In this document: positions 18,529 through 29,236 of the stretch, piece after piece
Layout: each line of letters starts with the position of its first letter
Position numbering within the stretch: position 1 is the first letter of the stretch
Assembly: GCA_964606405.1 (NCBI GenBank)
Contig: CAZSGH010000002.1
Span: forward strand, 34,719-98,718
Source: an uncultured Francisella sp.
GTDB lineage: Bacteria; Pseudomonadota; Gammaproteobacteria; Thiomicrospirales; Thiomicrospiraceae
Length of the DNA stretch: 64,000 bases
Direction: 5' to 3'
Notes under the pieces: model-generated
Told to the model about the DNA's origin: nothing
Databases searched by the model: none
The model's input: the letters and a program-made list of their open reading frames with translations, nothing else
Program-made: the position numbers and the translations under genes

Positions 18529-21143
18529 GAGGCGAAACCACATTTCAGGACAGCATTTTTAATGACATTAAAGCACTATTAAAAGAAGTGTTTGATGCTG
18601 TTAAAGAACAGTTTGAACCGACCGATGCAGAAAAAGAGAAGGCTTTTTTTGATGCCGTTAATAGCTTTCCTCGGCTTAGAAATCTGTTGCCATATTCAGG
18701 CTATATGAAAGACCTTGGCTTATTCATCATTGATGACGGTGCTAATGGTCAATCCTTCGGTTTCATGCTGGAGTTTATGCCGCAGACCGGTGCTAATGAT
18801 GAAATGGAAAAGGTGCTACAACAAGTTTACCGCATGGGACCGACCAATACAGGCATTCAAGTCATGATGTATGGTTCACCTAACATCGAGCACTCATTAC
18901 AAAGACAACAGGAAATGGTGACTTCTGAAGATGATATTCATCATGATCTACTACGTTATCGTCATGCCTATCTTCGCAAACACACCAGTCAAAGCCTTTT
19001 AGAGGGTGGTTCCTACATTCTTCGTGATCTAAGATCATGGATTGCTGTAACGGTACCTGTAGAGGACATCAATACATCCGTGTCTCAAGATAAGGTCGTA
19101 CATTTTCGTAATGAGTTGAAAGGTGTTTTAGAGTCAGCACACCTTAAATCCTGGTCATGGGATCCTGCCGACTTGATTGATTTCTTGCTTGATGTAACAG
19201 ATCACCGTCGTATGTTCCAAAGGCGTAATGAGGCCAAAGCCAGTTACGATGAGGGCTTGTTTATTCGTGACCATGTTCGCTCCGGTGGCATGACCGACAT
19301 CAAGCCAAGTGAGTTTGTGAACTGGTGGCCTGATGCAGAAAACTTACGAACACGAACCATTGCTATGTCAGCTGTTAAATACCCTACTGAAGGATTTGAT
19401 TTATATCAGGCTGGCGGCATGATTGGAAGTTTCTTTGACCAGGTCATTTCATACCCCTGCCCCTTTCTAATCACGCTTGGTTCATGGGCATTGAACAAGG
19501 ATTCTGCTTATAAACGCGCGTTATTCAAAAAAGAACGCGCTAAAAAGCTGTATGAAGGGCAAATGGGCAATCTACTCCCAGAGATTGGTCAGAATTATGC
19601 CGACTGGAACAACATGATTCAAGCATTGGATGCGGGTTACGTGTCCGTTCGCATGTATCATCAAGTTTTACTCTTTGCGCCCTACGACACAGCACCTCAG
19701 ATTACGACGAAAGTTAACTCCTTGTGGAGTTCTCTAGGCTTTACCATGTTGCCAGACACCTTTGAAATGGGGCAGGCTTTTTTTTCAAGTATGCCTATGA
19801 ATCTTACTGAAGGCATGCAGGAAGACTTAATCAATCATGGGCGAGCTGGAACTAAATATTCAAACAATGCGATCGCAACCAGTCCTGTTATCGGGGAATG
19901 GAAAGGATCTGGTACGCCAAGCATTTTGCTGCATGGTCGTCGTGGTCAGCAAATGGATCTTGATTTATACGACAACAAACAAGGCAACTATAACGCATCA
20001 ATCGCTGGTGCTCCAGGATCAGGAAAATCAGTGTTTATGAATGAACTGCAACGCTCATTTATTGCACAAGGTGGACGCGTGTGGAACTTTGATTCTGGCT
20101 ACTCGTATAAAAAGTTAAATAAGGTTTTAGGTGGGCAATATATTGAGTTCACGTTAGACTCAAACATCAATATCAACCCATTCACGCATGTCAAAGACAT
20201 TGAAGATGAGATGGAGGCCTTGGTTTTTATTCTGGGGCGCATGATTTCACCGAGCAATCAATTAACAGACTTCCACCTTGCTGCATTGGATACATCCATT
20301 CAAAAAGTCTTTGCAGAGTACGGTACTGATACAACACCAACGCAATTATGGCATTACATCAAAGATGAATGGCGTAACAGCGATGGCAATCGTGATGATC
20401 GCGTCAATGACATGGCTCAGATGTTAGAAAAGTGGACAAAGAATGGGTCACTTGGTCGTTGGATGAGTGGTCCTTCTAACGTTCAGTTTGATAATGACTA
20501 CGTTTTGCTTGAAATGAACGAGCTTAAAAACAAGTCGATGTTGCGTGACGTGGTGATGTCACAAATGACTTTACGTATCTCACAAGAAATGTTCTCAAAC
20601 CGTACCTTGCGTAAGATGATGCTGATGGACGAAGCTTGGGATCTGATGGCTGGTATGACTGGTGGCTTCATGGAAGACTTAGCACGTCGCGTTCGTAAGC
20701 AAGATGGTTCTCTCGTTACGGGTACTCAAGGCTTGGCAGACTACTATGAAAAGTCTGATGCTTCTCGTGCGGCACTGATGCAGTCTGACTGGTTATTCTT
20801 GCTACGTCAAAAAGAAGAGTCGCTCAAAACCTTAGAAAAAGATAACCGGTTGTCTGCTTCAGAATACGAGTTGCGTATGCTTCGTTCACTCAACACCATT
20901 CGCTCTGAGTTTAGGAAAACACCACTACCCAATGGCGATACTTACCGTGGTGGCTACTCGGAAATATTTGTTAAGTCGCCCATGGGAAAAGGTGTTGGAC
21001 GTCTTATTTTAGACCCCTACTCACTCATGCTTTATTCAACACTACCAGCTGACTTTAATGCCATGGAAGAGAAGCTCTCAATGGGCATGGACGTATCCAC
21101 AGCCATTAAATCTGTCTTGGCTGATCGAGGCGTTAGCGTATGA
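18525..21143 (+). CDS. traC: Conjugative transfer ATPase TraC/VirB4-like
   Basis: 872 aa with Walker A GAPGSGKS and Walker B MLMDEAWD. Confidence 0.9.
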   Translation: MRGETTFQDSIFNDIKALLKEVFDAVKEQFEPTDAEKEKAFFDAVNSFPRLRNLLPYSGYMKDLGLFIIDDGANGQSFGFMLEFMPQTGANDEMEKVLQQVYRMGPTNTGIQVMMYGSPNIEHSLQRQQEMVTSEDDIHHDLLRYRHAYLRKHTSQSLLEGGSYILRDLRSWIAVTVPVEDINTSVSQDKVVHFRNELKGVLESAHLKSWSWDPADLIDFLLDVTDHRRMFQRRNEAKASYDEGLFIRDHVRSGGMTDIKPSEFVNWWPDAENLRTRTIAMSAVKYPTEGFDLYQAGGMIGSFFDQVISYPCPFLITLGSWALNKDSAYKRALFKKERAKKLYEGQMGNLLPEIGQNYADWNNMIQALDAGYVSVRMYHQVLLFAPYDTAPQITTKVNSLWSSLGFTMLPDTFEMGQAFFSSMPMNLTEGMQEDLINHGRAGTKYSNNAIATSPVIGEWKGSGTPSILLHGRRGQQMDLDLYDNKQGNYNASIAGAPGSGKSVFMNELQRSFIAQGGRVWNFDSGYSYKKLNKVLGGQYIEFTLDSNININPFTHVKDIEDEMEALVFILGRMISPSNQLTDFHLAALDTSIQKVFAEYGTDTTPTQLWHYIKDEWRNSDGNRDDRVNDMAQMLEKWTKNGSLGRWMSGPSNVQFDNDYVLLEMNELKNKSMLRDVVMSQMTLRISQEMFSNRTLRKMMLMDEAWDLMAGMTGGFMEDLARRVRKQDGSLVTGTQGLADYYEKSDASRAALMQSDWLFLLRQKEESLKTLEKDNRLSASEYELRMLRSLNTIRSEFRKTPLPNGDTYRGGYSEIFVKSPMGKGVGRLILDPYSLMLYSTLPADFNAMEEKLSMGMDVSTAIKSVLADRGVSV

Positions 21144-21550
21144 AAATTGAAATAGATCCTATCAAGTCTGCGAAATTTATTGCAGTCATCATGATGGTTG
21201 TTGGTGTTGGGTTATTTGTTGTTCCAAGAGTGATTGATAGGGTTACTGATGGTGTTTATTCCCTGACACAACCACAAGTTGCGATTATCAATACCAATGG
21301 CCTGCTGACTGAGAAAAGCAATAGCATCAAACAGCGTTTGATTGATGCAAAAACGGATGATGAGCGTCAAAAGGTTCTCTCAGAGTTGAATGCTTTTGGT
21401 AATCAGTTGAATCAATGGTTGGACAAGCGTGTACCTGAAATTTGTGGCAAGCATTGCTTGGTGCTCGATGAGCGTATGGTTATTCGTGGTGCGAAAGTCG
21501 ATCTTACCCCTATTTTTATGAATGAACAAACAACACATGAGAAGCCATAA
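21140..21550 (+). CDS. T4SS bitopic protein
   Basis: 136 aa with an N-terminal TM helix, overlapping the traC stop. Confidence 0.5.
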   Translation: MKIEIDPIKSAKFIAVIMMVVGVGLFVVPRVIDRVTDGVYSLTQPQVAIINTNGLLTEKSNSIKQRLIDAKTDDERQKVLSELNAFGNQLNQWLDKRVPEICGKHCLVLDERMVIRGAKVDLTPIFMNEQTTHEKP

Positions 21551-21717
21551 TGTCTACTAATAACCTAACACAACAGCCTAATACGACAGAACCTACAACA
21601 TCACCTGCGCCACAAAAGCCGCCTATGCACTGGTTCTTAAAGTTAATGCTGGAGTCCTTATTTGTTGGTGCTGCAACCTTAGCCCTGGCTTTTTCATTGG
21701 CTTGGTTTGGGAACTAA
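21550..21717 (+). CDS. Small membrane protein (55 aa, not in the ORF track)
   Basis: Its ATG overlaps the TAA of the previous gene (ATAATG). Sequence MSTNNLTQQPNTTEP...LKLMLESLFVGAATLALAFSLAWFGN has a C-terminal TM helix. Confidence 0.4.
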   Translation: MSTNNLTQQPNTTEPTTSPAPQKPPMHWFLKLMLESLFVGAATLALAFSLAWFGN

Positions 21718-21721
21718 TCTC

Positions 21722-22564
21722 ATGAAGCATTTAGGTTCTTTCATCGTAATGACTATGCTGACCATGCTGTCATCTCAGTCTATGGCTTGGGATGCTTTTA
21801 ACTATCCCTCTCCTTTTCAGTGTGATGGTGAAAGTAAGTGGCTATGGTACTGCGATGAGGCACCTCAAAAACCAGAGAAGCCAAAACCTGAACCAGTAAA
21901 ACCTGTACCAGTTGAAAAGCCAAAAGAGATTGTGATCAGTAAACCAAAAGTACCCGAGATTGAGGCTTATGAGCAGCTACAGAAGAACCTACAAGATGCG
22001 TTAAAAATAGCTACCATGAATCCAACAGAAGCGAATGTTAAGCGTTGGGTCGAACTCAATAACGAGGTAGGCGATCGGTCATCTAATTTCGCTGATGTTG
22101 GCAAGCGGGTGATTTGGCAAAACCCAATCTTAGACTATTCGCAGCGCTTCCCGACCTCCGAGATCGCTAAGACGGCCCAACGCGACCAATTACGGATGAA
22201 GAAGCAGCAGATATTTTCCCAGCTTGCTGCTGATGGGTGGGGTTTGTTTTTCTTCTTTTCTTCGGACTGTCCTTATTGTCATAAACAAGCCCCTGTTCTG
22301 CAATTTGTTAAACAGGATACTGGCTTACCAATATTGCCGATCACCATGAATGGTGAAAGTTTTCAAGCTGCTGATGCACTTGGTAATGTCATGGTCAACC
22401 AAGGACAGGCAGCGATGATGGGCGTAACCATCTGGCCGTCATTGGTATTAGGTAATGTGAATACCAAACAACTTGTGTTCATCAGTTCTGGTATTCAGAG
22501 TGCAGAAGAAATCGAAAACCGTATTTACGTGCTAACGAGCACCAAGCCAGGAGACAACTTCTAA
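21722..22564 (+). CDS. TraF/TrbB-like thioredoxin-fold protein
   Basis: Signal peptide from MKHLGSF and a CPYC motif in FFFSSDCPYCHKQAPVL. Confidence 0.72.
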   Translation: MKHLGSFIVMTMLTMLSSQSMAWDAFNYPSPFQCDGESKWLWYCDEAPQKPEKPKPEPVKPVPVEKPKEIVISKPKVPEIEAYEQLQKNLQDALKIATMNPTEANVKRWVELNNEVGDRSSNFADVGKRVIWQNPILDYSQRFPTSEIAKTAQRDQLRMKKQQIFSQLAADGWGLFFFFSSDCPYCHKQAPVLQFVKQDTGLPILPITMNGESFQAADALGNVMVNQGQAAMMGVTIWPSLVLGNVNTKQLVFISSGIQSAEEIENRIYVLTSTKPGDNF

Positions 22565-24030
22565 TGCGATCAATTTGGACCATAGCAACCAATCTAGCCT
22601 TAGTTGTATCAGCATTAGGATGGCAGCCTGCTATCGCTGGCGATGCAGGCATGCAACAATGGTTTAATGATATGGGTATGTATGCCAATAGCACACCATC
22701 AGGTGCTTTTAAAGGGCAGACCATGAACACCTATACAGGCGGTGGACTCTATGCCCGTGCTCCACAAAAGAGTTATCAATTTGCTACCTTTGATCCACCG
22801 AGAATTGGTGCGGGATGTGGCGGTATCGACCTCTATACAGGGGCATTTTCATTCATAAACAGTGACCAAATTGTTAACTTACTAAAAAACGCCTCGACCA
22901 ATGCCACAGGTTATTTATTCTCTACTGCGCTAGAGTCAATCTGCCCTTCATGCTCGTCAGCGATGAAATTTTTACAAGATCAGTCAGCCAAAATGAATGG
23001 GCTGAATATGAATTCGTGCGAGCTGGCTAAAGGCACAGTGAATGCGACATTAACAACAATTGGATTAAGGGATGGAAGAAACGAAGCTGGGCTATATGGG
23101 AAGATGGCTGGTATTGGTGATGACGTGACCGCTGCATGGCAAGGCATTAAAGAAGATGCCAGTAAAATTGGTACTGCTACAGCCGCAAAACGCGCAGATC
23201 CAACAGTTCCTGAAGGCTCTAAAAACCGCAATGTCAATCTCGTATGGGCAGCCTTATCCGACATCACGCGTGATGGCGCACCGCTGAGCCAAGAAGAAAA
23301 AGAGCTTGCAATGAGCATGGTCGGTACAGTGATTGTGACGGATATTCCACCAGGACAAGTAACCTCTCCCGCTGGCTCTGGGCAGAATATCTATTTTCAG
23401 CCACCTACAGTGGTATTTGATAGGTTTGTCGATGGTGATAATGGCCAACTCAACATCAACAAATACACCTGCACCACAGCCGCCACTAAATGGGACTGTG
23501 CCGACATTAGCAGTGGTGGCTTAGCAACGACACCTTGGCCAACTGGCTCATTGAATTTCAGCTTTAGAGACATGGTTGAAAGATCAATTACCAACCTTAT
23601 GGCTGGCATTGATGCCAGACAAACCTCTACGACAGGCAATAGCGACTTTACGCTTATTAATAGCAGCTCACTTCCTGTTTGGAAAATGATTTCCACCTAC
23701 TCACAGCTACCAGGTGGTGCGTCACTCACGCAAGAGTATATCGACATGATTGCCACTGACATCGCATATCAATACTACGCTGAAGGTATTCGTGCAGTAC
23801 ATGCGGCCTTGGCGCGTGAAAATGGCAAAACAGGCAATCCTATGGCTGCGATGGCAATTGAAATGCTACTTAAAGAAGCTAAAGACAAGCAATCAGCGGC
23901 AATTGCCATTGTGCAAAAAAGGTATAGCGCAGGCATTGCAGTTACCTCTCTTAATGAACAAGTGCAGCTTTTAGAAAAATCATTGCGAAATCAGGTTAGC
24001 GCATATAGTTCGGTTCGCACAGGACAATAA
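22564..24030 (+). CDS. TraH-like mating-pair-formation protein
   Basis: 488 aa with GCGGIDLYTGAFSFINSDQIVNLLKN and the spaced Cys pattern typical of F-type TraH. Confidence 0.78.
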   Translation: MRSIWTIATNLALVVSALGWQPAIAGDAGMQQWFNDMGMYANSTPSGAFKGQTMNTYTGGGLYARAPQKSYQFATFDPPRIGAGCGGIDLYTGAFSFINSDQIVNLLKNASTNATGYLFSTALESICPSCSSAMKFLQDQSAKMNGLNMNSCELAKGTVNATLTTIGLRDGRNEAGLYGKMAGIGDDVTAAWQGIKEDASKIGTATAAKRADPTVPEGSKNRNVNLVWAALSDITRDGAPLSQEEKELAMSMVGTVIVTDIPPGQVTSPAGSGQNIYFQPPTVVFDRFVDGDNGQLNINKYTCTTAATKWDCADISSGGLATTPWPTGSLNFSFRDMVERSITNLMAGIDARQTSTTGNSDFTLINSSSLPVWKMISTYSQLPGGASLTQEYIDMIATDIAYQYYAEGIRAVHAALARENGKTGNPMAAMAIEMLLKEAKDKQSAAIAIVQKRYSAGIAVTSLNEQVQLLEKSLRNQVSAYSSVRTGQ

Positions 24031-24032
24031 CG

Positions 24033-27000
24033 ATGGAAATTATTACCTACTGGAACGGCGAGGAATTATCCTACGTATTAAATGCGATTTCCTCGCTGAT
24101 GAATAGCTTGGATTTTGCATCACTGCTAAAGACTATTTCTTATACAGCGGTGATGGTTGCTTTTATGATGGGCGTAACAGGCCTCATGAAGCAAGAAGAT
24201 TGGCCAAAGTATGTTGCCGTGATGGTTGTCTTCATCTATGTCATGACCGGACCTCGATCGACAGTCACCATTACCGATCAATCTGTCTCTATGCCTGCAA
24301 CCGTTGTTGGTGGTGTACCAATGCCATTAGCATGGATCGGCAGTACGACTTCTGGTATTGGTGCTTGGCTAACCACAGCTGTTGAGACAGTGTTTCAGGT
24401 GTTACCGCCGCTTACGAGCGGCAATGTGCCCTACCCACCTGAACTCAGTTTTACGGGTGGCGGTGGTCCATTATTCGGTCATCGCATTATTCAAGAAAGC
24501 GGGATGTTATCCATCAACTCGCCTGTTTTGTCTCAAGACATGATGTCTTTCTACCGTGAATGTGTCATTCCCGACATCAATACGGGTTACCTTAACGTCA
24601 ATGACCTGAATACAACCAGTAATATATGGTCAATGCTCAACGATACCAACCCAGCACGTTATGTCACCATCCACTATTATGACTCTGGGACAGGAAAGTG
24701 GGCATGGGATGCCAGTGCCATTAACTGTCAGCAAGCTTATGCTCGCCTAACAGGTTATTTAAACAGCGAAGCAACGACTACCTTACATCAACTTGGTCGT
24801 CGCATGAATTACAAGTCAAACCAAGCGGCAGCTGAATCAATGATTGTTGGTCAACTGCAATCAGGTTATGGCGCAATGTTGGGCATATCCGCCAATGCAG
24901 TGGACATTGTGAAACAGAAGATGATGACTAACTTCATTCGTGAAGCGTCATACAAGATACCCGCAATGTCAGGTGATCCTGCTTCAACTCAAATTGGTCT
25001 CGCACAAGCACAGGCTGAAGCACAGTATGCTTCATCATCGCTAACCATGCGCAAAGTAGCCGAAGGTCTACTACCTAAGGTCAGAAACATCATTGAAGCT
25101 CTGATATACGCCCTATTTCCGATATTGGTTATCTATGTCATTATGGCTGGTCACAACGCTCTAAAGCCATTAGCGATGTACTTAAAATTAGCGGTGTGGA
25201 TCCAGTTATGGCCGATGCTATACGCCATCATGAACTTCTTCACCACCTTTGGCATGGCGAAACAGTGGCAAGCTGAAACGCTCGGCAATGGACTGGCCAT
25301 GCAGTATTCTGCACTCATTCATGCTGGTGCTGCATCGGATATGTCGGTAGCAGGCATGATGATTTCTATGATTCCCGCCATTGCATGGATGCTGGCAAGT
25401 GGTTCCGTCTATGCCGCGACCCAAGTCGCCACAGGCATGATGCAACCCGCTAACTCAGCAGCCAGTAGCGCAGGCTCACAAGCTGCTTTAGGCAATATTG
25501 GTATGGGGAATACCAACCTAAACAGTGCCAGTACCGACAAATACGACATGTCTCCTAATATCAGCACTGGTACGATGAGTATGAGAGGAGGAAATGGCTC
25601 TGAACATAACTTCACATCATCTGGCGGACTTGGTGGCGGTGGTGATGTTGCTCGAAACGATGGCTTTAGAATGAATAACCTATCAGCTAACGCATCGCAG
25701 GAATGGGCGGCAGTACAAACAGCACAAAAAACGTTAACCAATGCAGAAGCAGCATTGAAAACCTCTCAAGAGTCTTATCAAAGCGCTATTGGTTCTAATT
25801 CTGGCACAAGTTATGACTTTGCGAGTAATGCCAGTAACATGCAATCCTTCACCAAGGGTATGGGAAAAGATGAAAGTAATGAGTTTGCTAAGGGCGCACA
25901 GTCCTATCAATCATCTGCGGATTCCATTGCTAAGTCTTTGGGTATTGATAGTGCACAAGCCAAGCAATTGATGGCCAGTACTGGTTTTGGTTGGAATGGC
26001 GGCTGGCTGCCTGGATTAGAAGCTAAAGTTAACGGCAGTGCTCAGTACTCGCAAGCTCAAAAAGATGCATTTAATCAAGCCACGACAGGCGAAAATGGTA
26101 AAAAGCTTGATGAAGCATCGCGCTGGGCTGAGAAAGTCAATCAAAATAGCGGTTGGAGTGATGTTGCTCAACATGGCAATACTGCGTCTAAAAAGATTGC
26201 TTCTGGTGTGATGGAAACCAGAGCCAGAGCATCGGCTGTCACTGCTGCTAAATCTAATGTGTTAACAGCACAACAAGCCTTGAGTGACGCGGAATCATCA
26301 GCTGTTAAGGCATCTTTTAACGATAACATCGGCAGGAATGCAGGCAATGCAAAATTACAGGGATTTTTGGAAGAAGGACAAAAAATAGCTCAACGCAAAG
26401 GCATGACAGATCCAGGCGACATTGCATACTTTGCACGTCAATACGCTGGTCAAAAAACGAGAGACTGGGTGAAGAGTATGGGCGGTAGTGACGATTTAGC
26501 AAAAAGAATTATCGCAGCCAACGAGAATCCTGGCGTGACAATTGAGCAAAGGCATAAAAAAAATGTGGGCAGCGTAGATGCTGCTGGTGACCCAACTGCT
26601 TTAGCGAACAACGCGAAAGGATTATACGAAGGTGAAATGGGTACGGCTCAAGCTAAGGTGAATGCTGGAATGCAAAAACTGGATAAAGACGTAAACGGCA
26701 TGAAACAGCGCGTCGATTCCTTCCGAGCATCCACGGGAAAAGATATGGATGCTAAACAAACCGAAGCCTTAAAAGCAGCTGAAGCAGCTGGCTTAATTAC
26801 CTTTGATGACAAATCGGGTAAATACACGATCAATGACCCCGACATGGGCAAGAACATTGATAAAGCCGCTACAGAGGTATCCGACCTTACGGGTGGTAAG
26901 GTTACACCCGAGCAGGTTAAAGATGTTGTTGGTACCTTGGCAGCAGCTCGTACGGGTGCTGTTCTGGGTAAGTCAGCTGGAACAGTTGTAGGTGGTACTG

Positions 27001-29234
27001 TGGCAAGGACTGTCGATATGCAAGTGCTTACTGGTGCAGCAGGCGGCATCGCGGGATTCGGAGCTGGTGGTGCAGCACTTGGAGGAGCTGGAGGCGGTAA
27101 TCATAATGGTTCTGGTACAACCACAGCATTGCCTGACGGTAGAACATTCGGTTGGAATGGTGATGTTCCCGTTGTCATACCCGCGCAGACTGGTAGTACA
27201 GGACAGAATAAAGACAATCCAACAGTGACTACTGACCCAAAAAATATACCAGATGGTTATTCTGACGCTGGAGGCCTAACTTTATCTGATGCAGGGAACA
27301 ATAAGCCACTCGTTACAAATAACACCAGACTAGCGCCTGTCGATGGAAAGAGAATTGACTCAATGACAAATGCACTAACGTCAATGCTTGGTGGCACACC
27401 AACTACTGGCAACGGTAAACCTAAAGTTACGAAATCACGTACAGTCAAGCCTGCTGCACCAGCACAGCCGACATCGATCGGCACCTCCGATGCGAGCCGT
27501 TCGGATGTCAGTACAGCGAATACAGGCGCGACGACTATTGCTAATGGCACAGCGCAAGCCGCTCAGCCATTAGAAACATCACAGGTGCATGCTGATGTCC
27601 CTGCTGCAGCTCAATCTTCGACTCAGCAGCTAATAACAGGTGGACAGTCGTCAACCACTGCTGCGCCTGAATCTAAGGTCGATGCTAAATCAACACCTGC
27701 GGCAGATGCGGCTCAACTGAGCACAGGCACGGCTAACGCCCAGCCTGCTCAATCAAGCCAAGCAATGACAACAGCTGGTGATAATACCAACCGTCCTGAT
27801 GTGAGTCACAACCAGGGCGCTCACCAAGGTGGACGCTCACCCGTGGGTGAGTCAGGTACTGGCAGTGCTGGTCAAGCGAGTGTCACACCAGGTCAGCAAG
27901 CAACGCAACCTGCTAAAGCATTTGATGACGTACCTGCTGCACCAGCACAGCCGACATCAATCGGCACCGCTAATGCGAACCGTTCTGATGTCAGTACCGC
28001 GAATACAGGCACAAGTCATCAAGCGAGTGTGACGACGATTGATAATGGCACAGCGCAAGCCGCTCAGCCATTAGCAACGTCACCGGTGCATGCTGATGTC
28101 CCTGCTGCAGCTCAACTGAGCACAGGCACAGCTAACATCCAGCCTGCTCAATCGAGCCAATCAATGACAACAGCTGGTGACAACACCAACCGTCGTGATG
28201 TCAGTACAGCCAATACAGGAGCAAGGACTCAAGCCAGTGCTGCGACGGTTGAAAACGGCACCGCGCAAGCCCCTCAGCCATTAACAACGTCACAGGTGTA
28301 TTCTGATGTGCCTGCAGCAGCTACAGCTCAATCATCCACTCAAAATCTAATAGGTGGTAAATCGTCGGCCACTGCTGCGCCTGAATCTAAGGTCGATGCT
28401 AAATCAACACCTGCTGTTGATGCGGTTCAACCGAGCACAGGCACGGCTAACGCCCAGCCTGCTCAATCAAGCCAAGCAATGACAACGGCTGGTGACAACA
28501 CCAACCGTCCTGATATCAATCACAACCAGAGTGCTCACCAAAGTGATCGCGCACCCGTTAGTGAGTTAGCTTCTGGCAGTACTACTCAACCGAACGTTAA
28601 CCCAAGCAAGCAAGCAGCACAAGTATTTAATGATGTACCTACTGCACCAGCACAACCGGCATTGAGCGGCACCACTGATGAGAACCGTTCGGATGTCAGT
28701 ACCGCGAATGCGGGCACAAGTCCTCAAGCGAATGTGACGACAGTTGATCATGGCACAGCGCAAGCAGCTCAGCCATTAACAACCTCACAGGTGCATACTG
28801 ATGTCCCAGCAACACCTCAATCATCGATTCATAATCTAACAGGTGGACAGTCATCATCCACTGCTGCACATGAGTCTAAAGTAGACGCTAAAGCAACATC
28901 GACTACGCCTACGGCAGATTCAGCTCTATTGAGCACTGGCACGGCTAACGCCCAGCCTGCTCAATCAAGCCAAGCAATGACAACGGCTGGTGACAACACC
29001 AACCGTCCTGATATCAATCACAACCAAGGTGCTGGTGATCGAGGCGCTCAGACAGAAGTGAGAACAGTAGAAACGCAGACACAAGTTAATACTATCGAGA
29101 CGCAGCACCATACCAATACGATTACACAAAAGGTTAGCGGATCCGCACAATCACAGCCTGCACCAAAGGTTGGCAGCAACCAAACCAAAAATGCTAATGC
29201 TGCTAATAAAGGAGATAAACCTGATGTTAGTTAA
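24033..29234 (+). CDS. traG: TraG-like mating-pair stabilisation protein with a giant repetitive C-terminal extension
   Basis: 1733 aa. The first ~480 aa form a TraG_N-like multi-TM region (MEIITYWNGEELSYVLNAIS...). The remainder is low-complexity Ser/Thr/Ala/Gln-rich with long tandem repeats. Confidence 0.85.
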   Translation: MEIITYWNGEELSYVLNAISSLMNSLDFASLLKTISYTAVMVAFMMGVTGLMKQEDWPKYVAVMVVFIYVMTGPRSTVTITDQSVSMPATVVGGVPMPLAWIGSTTSGIGAWLTTAVETVFQVLPPLTSGNVPYPPELSFTGGGGPLFGHRIIQESGMLSINSPVLSQDMMSFYRECVIPDINTGYLNVNDLNTTSNIWSMLNDTNPARYVTIHYYDSGTGKWAWDASAINCQQAYARLTGYLNSEATTTLHQLGRRMNYKSNQAAAESMIVGQLQSGYGAMLGISANAVDIVKQKMMTNFIREASYKIPAMSGDPASTQIGLAQAQAEAQYASSSLTMRKVAEGLLPKVRNIIEALIYALFPILVIYVIMAGHNALKPLAMYLKLAVWIQLWPMLYAIMNFFTTFGMAKQWQAETLGNGLAMQYSALIHAGAASDMSVAGMMISMIPAIAWMLASGSVYAATQVATGMMQPANSAASSAGSQAALGNIGMGNTNLNSASTDKYDMSPNISTGTMSMRGGNGSEHNFTSSGGLGGGGDVARNDGFRMNNLSANASQEWAAVQTAQKTLTNAEAALKTSQESYQSAIGSNSGTSYDFASNASNMQSFTKGMGKDESNEFAKGAQSYQSSADSIAKSLGIDSAQAKQLMASTGFGWNGGWLPGLEAKVNGSAQYSQAQKDAFNQATTGENGKKLDEASRWAEKVNQNSGWSDVAQHGNTASKKIASGVMETRARASAVTAAKSNVLTAQQALSDAESSAVKASFNDNIGRNAGNAKLQGFLEEGQKIAQRKGMTDPGDIAYFARQYAGQKTRDWVKSMGGSDDLAKRIIAANENPGVTIEQRHKKNVGSVDAAGDPTALANNAKGLYEGEMGTAQAKVNAGMQKLDKDVNGMKQRVDSFRASTGKDMDAKQTEALKAAEAAGLITFDDKSGKYTINDPDMGKNIDKAATEVSDLTGGKVTPEQVKDVVGTLAAARTGAVLGKSAGTVVGGTVARTVDMQVLTGAAGGIAGFGAGGAALGGAGGGNHNGSGTTTALPDGRTFGWNGDVPVVIPAQTGSTGQNKDNPTVTTDPKNIPDGYSDAGGLTLSDAGNNKPLVTNNTRLAPVDGKRIDSMTNALTSMLGGTPTTGNGKPKVTKSRTVKPAAPAQPTSIGTSDASRSDVSTANTGATTIANGTAQAAQPLETSQVHADVPAAAQSSTQQLITGGQSSTTAAPESKVDAKSTPAADAAQLSTGTANAQPAQSSQAMTTAGDNTNRPDVSHNQGAHQGGRSPVGESGTGSAGQASVTPGQQATQPAKAFDDVPAAPAQPTSIGTANANRSDVSTANTGTSHQASVTTIDNGTAQAAQPLATSPVHADVPAAAQLSTGTANIQPAQSSQSMTTAGDNTNRRDVSTANTGARTQASAATVENGTAQAPQPLTTSQVYSDVPAAATAQSSTQNLIGGKSSATAAPESKVDAKSTPAVDAVQPSTGTANAQPAQSSQAMTTAGDNTNRPDINHNQSAHQSDRAPVSELASGSTTQPNVNPSKQAAQVFNDVPTAPAQPALSGTTDENRSDVSTANAGTSPQANVTTVDHGTAQAAQPLTTSQVHTDVPATPQSSIHNLTGGQSSSTAAHESKVDAKATSTTPTADSALLSTGTANAQPAQSSQAMTTAGDNTNRPDINHNQGAGDRGAQTEVRTVETQTQVNTIETQHHTNTITQKVSGSAQSQPAPKVGSNQTKNANAANKGDKPDVS
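27450..29030 (+). repeat. In-frame composite tandem repeats inside traG
   Basis: Module APAQP(T/A)(S/L)(I/S)GT..(N/S)RSDVSTAN(T/A)G occurs at about 27456, 27939 and 28646. Module STGTANAQPAQSSQAMTTAGDNTNRPD occurs at about 27712, 28110, 28430 and 28925. Confidence 0.9.
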
Positions 29235-29236
29235 CG

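Noticed and set aside
27450-29030. Long direct repeats that might suggest a CRISPR array or satellite
   Set aside because: The repeats are 100-480 nt long, imperfect, contiguous and in frame within the traG ORF. There is no repeat-spacer organisation, and no CRISPR array anywhere in the window.
24200-29150. Numerous 60-135-aa antisense or off-frame track ORFs inside traG, and similar ones inside ffh, traD, traI, traC, the helicase and others
   Set aside because: They are nested in long, well-supported genes, have biased low-complexity translations mirroring the host-gene repeats, and have no RBS sequences.
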